Assembly: GCA_964598535.1 (NCBI GenBank)
Contig: CAZRCI010000016.1
Location: forward strand, 42,032-106,031
Reading direction: 5' to 3'
Source of the DNA: an uncultured Planctomycetaceae bacterium
Lineage (GTDB): Bacteria > Planctomycetota > Planctomycetia > Pirellulales > PALSA-1355
DNA: 64,000 nt
Made by a program: the position numbers and the translations under genes. Positions 59,583 to 64,000 of this stretch are shown one piece after another. Below the pieces are notes generated by a model. It had not been told where the DNA came from, did not search any database, and was given only the letters and a program-made list of their open reading frames with translations. Position 1 is the first letter of the stretch. Each line of letters opens with the position of its first letter.

Positions 59583-61202
59583 ATGGAACGTCGCCACTGG
59601 CTGATGTCGCTTGCGCTGCTGATTTCGGTGGCCGCCGGAAGCGTCTCGCTCCGCGCCGAGCAGCCCTCGAGCACGGCGACGACGAAGCCGACCGAGAGCG
59701 ATTACGAGCTGTACCAGATATTTGCCGATACGCTCGACCAGATTGAGCGGAACTACGTCAAGGACGTCAGTCGCCGGGACCTGATCGAAGCGGCGATCAA
59801 GGGGGTGCTCGAAAAACTCGATCCCTATTCGAATTACATCAATCCGGACGAGATCGGCCGCTTTCGCACCAGCGTCGAGCAACAGTTCGGCGGCATCGGC
59901 ATTCAAATCGGTGTCGAAGACGGCCAGCTTAAGGTGATCAGCCCGCTGTTGGGCACGCCAGCCTATCGCGCGGGCCTTGAATCGGGCGACGTGATCCTGG
60001 AAATCGACGGCCAAAGCACCGAGGGCATTCAAATCGACGAGGCCGTCAAGCGGCTCAAAGGCGACCCGGACACCACGGTCACGCTGACCGTGCGCCATGC
60101 CGGCTCGCGCGAGAAGGAAACGATTTCCGTGACTCGCGAGATCGTACACGTGCAAACCGTGCTGGGAGATACGCGTAAGAGCGATGATACCTGGGACTTC
60201 ATGCTCGACCACGACAAGCGCATCGGTTATATCCGCATCACGGCGTTTGGCCGCGACACGGCCGCAGACGTAAAAAATGCCCTGCAAGACCTGCAAAAGC
60301 AGGGCCTCAAAGGCCTAATTATCGACTTGCGTTTCAATCCGGGTGGCCTGCTCAGCGCCGCGATCGAGGTCACGGATCTGTTCATTTCCGAGGGCAAGAT
60401 CGTGAGCACCAAGGGGCGCAACACGCCGGAGCGTACCTGGGAAGCCGTCAAAGACGGCACGTTCGAGGATTTCCCGATGGTCGTGCTGGTGAATCACTAT
60501 AGCGCCAGCGCCAGCGAGATCTTTTCCGCAGCATTGCAGGACCACAAGAGGGCCATGATCGTCGGCGAACGCACCTGGGGCAAGGGCAGCGTCCAGAACG
60601 TGATCGAGCTCGAAGAAGGACGCAGTGCCCTGAAGCTCACCACGGCGGGCTACCATCGCCCCAGCGGTAAAAACATTCATCGCTTTCCCGAGGCGAAGGA
60701 AAGCGATGAATGGGGCGTGATGCCCGACCAAGGCTACGAAGTAAAGATGAATGGAACGCAGACGGCAAAGTTGATCGAGTATCGCCGCCGGCGCGACATT
60801 CTGGTCGGAAAACACGAAAAGGCCCTGGCCGGAGACGTGGCCATCAAATCGGAGGTTTCGCCCACCGCGGAACCCAATCCGCCAGCCACCACGGAAAAGG
60901 ACGAAGCGTCTTCCGAATCGAGCAACCAGGCGCAACCCGCGCCGGAAACCGACGCGGCCCCCGCCGCAGAGAAAAACGCGCAGCCCGCCGACGAATCGTC
61001 TCCCGCCGTTCCCCCCAAGAGCGGCGAGCCCACCCCAGAAAATTCGGCTCCCACCACCGAATCGGACAATGCCGATACCGTCGAAACGAGCGATGCCGCC
61101 AAGGACAAAGCCGACGGAACGGCGACTTCGCTTGCCACGGTTGACCCGCAATTGCAGAAGGCCGTCGACTACCTCAGCACGGAATTGGCAAAAGCCCCGT
61201 GA
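59583..61202 (+). CDS. S41 family C-terminal processing peptidase with low-complexity acidic tail
   Basis: Signal peptide MERRHWLMSLALLISVAAGSVSLRA. PDZ region GTPAYRAGLESGDVILEIDG. Catalytic region IIDLRFNPGGLL ... SASASEIFSAA. Confidence 0.85.
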   Translation: MERRHWLMSLALLISVAAGSVSLRAEQPSSTATTKPTESDYELYQIFADTLDQIERNYVKDVSRRDLIEAAIKGVLEKLDPYSNYINPDEIGRFRTSVEQQFGGIGIQIGVEDGQLKVISPLLGTPAYRAGLESGDVILEIDGQSTEGIQIDEAVKRLKGDPDTTVTLTVRHAGSREKETISVTREIVHVQTVLGDTRKSDDTWDFMLDHDKRIGYIRITAFGRDTAADVKNALQDLQKQGLKGLIIDLRFNPGGLLSAAIEVTDLFISEGKIVSTKGRNTPERTWEAVKDGTFEDFPMVVLVNHYSASASEIFSAALQDHKRAMIVGERTWGKGSVQNVIELEEGRSALKLTTAGYHRPSGKNIHRFPEAKESDEWGVMPDQGYEVKMNGTQTAKLIEYRRRRDILVGKHEKALAGDVAIKSEVSPTAEPNPPATTEKDEASSESSNQAQPAPETDAAPAAEKNAQPADESSPAVPPKSGEPTPENSAPTTESDNADTVETSDAAKDKADGTATSLATVDPQLQKAVDYLSTELAKAP

Positions 61203-61213
61203 GCGCTCGGCCG

Positions 61214-62242
61214 ATGCAGCGAATTCTGATCCTTGAAACTACCTGCGACGAGACAGCCGCGGCCGTCGTAACCGATGAACTGGAAGTGCTGTCGTCGGTC
61301 GTTGCCTCGCAGGACGAATTGCACAAGAAGTACGGTGGCGTGGTGCCCGAGATCGCATCGCGGGCTCACCTGGAACGAATTCTGCCCGTCATCGACGAGA
61401 CGCTCAGGAGAGCGCAGCTTACGCCCGCTGATCTCCATGCCGTCGCCGTGGCCAATACGCCAGGTCTGGCCGGTTCGCTCGTGGTGGGCGTGGCCGCCGC
61501 CAAGGCGCTCGCCTTGGCGCTCGATGTGCCGCTGATCGCCGTTAACCATCTTCAGGCTCATATTTATGCCTGTCGGCTCGCCGCCGGGCGAGACGTCTTT
61601 CCGTGCCTGGGATTGATCGTCAGCGGCGGGCATTCCAGCATCTATCATTGCCGCACGCCGATCGAGTTCGACCTGCTCGGGGGAACCATCGACGACGCCG
61701 CAGGCGAGGCCTTCGATAAGGTGGCCAGCTTGTTGGGGTTGCCATTTCCCGGCGGGCCAGCGATGGACCGAGCCGCCCAGCAAGGCAATCCCAGGGCATT
61801 CCAGCTACCGCGTCCACTGCTCGACACCGATCGGCTCGATTTCAGTTTCAGCGGGCTAAAAACGGCGCTCCGCTACCGCGTGTGCAAGCCCGGCGAAACG
61901 ATGCCCGCCGAGCCATTGCCCGCGCAACGGGTAAACGACCTAGCGGCCAGCTTTACGGCCGCTGTGGTCGATTGCCTGTGGGGAAAGACCGAACTTGCAC
62001 TGCGCAAGACGGGCCTGAAAACGTTATGCGTCGGAGGCGGCGTGGCGGCGAACTCGGCGCTTCGCGCCAGGCTCGAACGCGAATGCCACGAAGCGGGCAT
62101 CGAGCTCTTCATTCCGCCCATGCGGCTCTGTACCGACAACGCCGTCATGGGGGCAATCGCCATCGAACGCCTCCGTGCCGGGTTGTTCGAATCGCTCGAA
62201 CTCGACGCCTTTCCAGGGCTCGTGCGACCGGCGGGCAAATAA
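61214..62242 (+). CDS. tsaD: tRNA N6-adenosine threonylcarbamoyltransferase
   Basis: MQRILILETTCDETAAAVV, VNHLQAHIYA and CVGGGVAANSALR. A GTG at 61199 overlapping the upstream stop is an alternative start. Confidence 0.9.
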   Translation: MQRILILETTCDETAAAVVTDELEVLSSVVASQDELHKKYGGVVPEIASRAHLERILPVIDETLRRAQLTPADLHAVAVANTPGLAGSLVVGVAAAKALALALDVPLIAVNHLQAHIYACRLAAGRDVFPCLGLIVSGGHSSIYHCRTPIEFDLLGGTIDDAAGEAFDKVASLLGLPFPGGPAMDRAAQQGNPRAFQLPRPLLDTDRLDFSFSGLKTALRYRVCKPGETMPAEPLPAQRVNDLAASFTAAVVDCLWGKTELALRKTGLKTLCVGGGVAANSALRARLERECHEAGIELFIPPMRLCTDNAVMGAIAIERLRAGLFESLELDAFPGLVRPAGK

Positions 62243-62324
62243 ACGCGCGGTCAAAGTTCGGATGCGCATAGCCCCACGCTCCAAGCCTTACGTTTCACGG
62301 CCTGGCGCGTCATGGCCTAGCAGC

Positions 62325-64000
62325 CTACGACCCGCCAGCGCCTGGCGTCGGACCACCGCCGGGCGGCGTCGCCCCCGGCGCCGTGCCACCTTGCGTTCCG
62401 GTCTGGGTGCCCGTCTGACCCGAAACCAGGTTGAACGTGGTCACGCTGGCCACGCCGCTGAACATCGGAACCGGCGTCACGCGAACATAACGGCGATCGG
62501 CCGAGACCACGCCCGAGGCTTGCAGTTGCGTACCCGAGGGCAGCACGGTGATGACCGGCTGATAACCGACAGCCTGATTGAAGGCGGGCAATCCGAACAA
62601 GTCGCGGCGTGCCGCCCCGAGGCTGGCGTTTGCACCCTGCGACGAGTTTGCGGTCTCATTGATCTGCTGGATCACAATCGCCTGGTTGACGGCCAACTGC
62701 GACTGTGCGGCATTGGCCAGTTGGTGTTCGGCTAAGGCCTCTTGGCGGCGTCCCCGCGGCAGGTCGAACACCACCATCGCGTCTTGATCGCCCACGACGA
62801 TCTGCTCGCGCATGTGCTTTTCTTCCGGCGTGCCATAATGAGCATACAGGTCGACGGTCACCTTGCCCGCGGTCACCTTCCCCCACACACGACGCACGCG
62901 AATATGATAGGTACCGGCGAAGGCTTCGGGACATTCGTAGGTCTCGGTGTGCATCGACTCGGCGCCGAGCTGGCCGTTGCCGGAGCTTTCACCGATGAGC
63001 ACGCCGCCGCCGGTCGTGCGCGGGTTGCTGAACGAACAGATAGCCCCCGACGGTTCGACGGCGATGAGGTCGATATCGGCGTCACCGGTCCAGGTGACTT
63101 TCACGATACAGTCGCGAATCGAGGCTCGATCGAGCGCCGCCTGGAAGGCTTCGGCCTGCTCCGCCTGATTCTTGCTTTGAAGTTCGGCAATGGCGCCTGC
63201 GGCCGCACGCTTGGCCTGGTCGACAATCGCGGCTTTGTCCTTCGGCCAGGCTTGCTTCAGGATACCGAGACTCGACCAACGAATACCGTCAACATCGTTC
63301 AATCGCTGGGCAAGCTGCAAGCCATACAAGTAAGGTTCCGGACGTAGAGGCTCGGCCAGCGCCACCTGCTCAAACATCTTGAGCGCTCGCTTTTCGAATC
63401 CGGTGCGTCCCAGATACTGCGCAACGTACAGCAATTCGTCGGTGGATTGAGCGAAGTCAACGCCCGACATCAAAGCCCTCTCCACTTCCCCCGCCGGACG
63501 CCCCGCAGCCTGCATGGCCAAGGCGACCGCTTCATACATCCACGGTTGAGGATTACCGGCCCGCAGCGCGGCCTGAATCAATCCGACCGTTTCGTGGTAT
63601 TTCTTGCCACGCATGAGGACGCGTACCGTTTCGCGAACGTCGGCGTCAGACACTTCTGGATTGGCGGCAAAATACTTGGCCCAGGCGAGTTCCGAATCGG
63701 CGCCTTCGGCAAGGGGCAGATGGATGACCGCGGCGGCCTTGGCAGATTCGGCGGCGCGTTTCACCGTGGCGGTGGGCGCGGCGGCCTTGCCGAGGGGCGA
63801 GGCTTTCGGCGTGGACGTCTTTGCGGCCGGTGCTGGTTTGGCGGCCGGCGTGGTCTTGGCGCGGGGGCCCAACTTCAGGTCGTCGGGCACGGAAAACATA
63901 CCGCCGCCCATGCCACCACCCATGCCGCCCATACCACCACCCATGCCACCCATGCCGCCACCCATGCCACCCATGCCGCCGCCCATGCCGCCCATACCAC
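62325..64000 (-). CDS. Large hypothetical protein with Gly-Met repeat region; 5' end probably beyond the window
   Basis: The 556-aa ORF reaches the window edge while still inside the repeat, and codons upstream of the first listed Met continue GG. Lys/Ala/Pro-rich linker, helical TPR-like middle, a beta-sandwich-like segment VTWTGDADIDLIAVEPSG...GGGVL, and a Gly/Thr/Pro tail. Confidence 0.6.
   Translation of the reverse strand, partial: GMGGMGGGMGGMGGGMGGMGGGMGGMGGGMGGGMFSVPDDLKLGPRAKTTPAAKPAPAAKTSTPKASPLGKAAAPTATVKRAAESAKAAAVIHLPLAEGADSELAWAKYFAANPEVSDADVRETVRVLMRGKKYHETVGLIQAALRAGNPQPWMYEAVALAMQAAGRPAGEVERALMSGVDFAQSTDELLYVAQYLGRTGFEKRALKMFEQVALAEPLRPEPYLYGLQLAQRLNDVDGIRWSSLGILKQAWPKDKAAIVDQAKRAAAGAIAELQSKNQAEQAEAFQAALDRASIRDCIVKVTWTGDADIDLIAVEPSGAICSFSNPRTTGGGVLIGESSGNGQLGAESMHTETYECPEAFAGTYHIRVRRVWGKVTAGKVTVDLYAHYGTPEEKHMREQIVVGDQDAMVVFDLPRGRRQEALAEHQLANAAQSQLAVNQAIVIQQINETANSSQGANASLGAARRDLFGLPAFNQAVGYQPVITVLPSGTQLQASGVVSADRRYVRVTPVPMFSGVASVTTFNLVSGQTGTQTGTQGGTAPGATPPGGGPTPGAGGS
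63897..64000 (-). repeat. Coding tandem repeat, 21-nt period (alternating 9- and 12-nt units) encoding (MGG-MGGG)n
   Basis: On the plus strand, CAT recurs alternately after 9 and 6 nt of GCC/ACC codons. Glycine codons vary synonymously between units. The repeat continues to the last base of the window. Confidence 0.85.

Noticed and set aside
63897-64000. Short-period tandem repeat that might be mistaken for a CRISPR-like or microsatellite array
   Set aside because: It has a 21-nt period without spacers, lies inside an open reading frame and translates to (MGG-MGGG)n. It is reported as a coding repeat instead.

Overview
Dense, high-GC chromosomal segment with about 50 protein-coding genes. 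I saw no rRNA or tRNA genes, CRISPR arrays, transposases, integrases or recognisable phage or defence genes. The gene content suggests a Planctomycetota (Pirellulales-like) genome: tandem DUF1559 prepilin-like proteins, a DUF1501 + DUF1549/DUF1553 + PSCyt cytochrome-domain cluster, DUF1080, dockerin/PEP-CTERM proteins and a PmoA-like protein. That is inference from family recognition by eye, not from a search. Recognisable housekeeping and metabolic genes: tadA, csrA, gluQ, ald, ligD, glcDEF, glnN + glnA, tsaD, a UDP-sugar dehydrogenase + UDP-glucuronate decarboxylase pair, two S41 C-terminal processing peptidases, an MMPL/RND transporter, and a hybrid histidine kinase facing an HD-GYP response regulator. 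I do not see an unambiguous brand-new system; the window reads as core chromosome. The best candidates, in order of interest: (i) an unfused kinase / histidine phosphatase / SDR / ACAD10-11-type dehydrogenase operon (21.4-25.3 kb) resembling the 4-hydroxyacyl-CoA phospho-elimination pathway; (ii) an exported four-gene cluster of unknown-function families at 0-7.4 kb; (iii) a cyclophilin-dockerin-PEP-CTERM fusion; (iv) a Gly-Met repeat protein at the right edge; (v) a DUF2089 zinc-ribbon/HTH + membrane-anchored TPR module behind an AT-rich island; (vi) a glnN-glnA tandem with a near-consensus sigma54 element; (vii) a frameshifted DinB gene. Many long ORFs in the supplied track are antisense or alternate-frame shadows of real genes. 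Several track ORFs carry spurious N-terminal extensions, so preferred starts are given.
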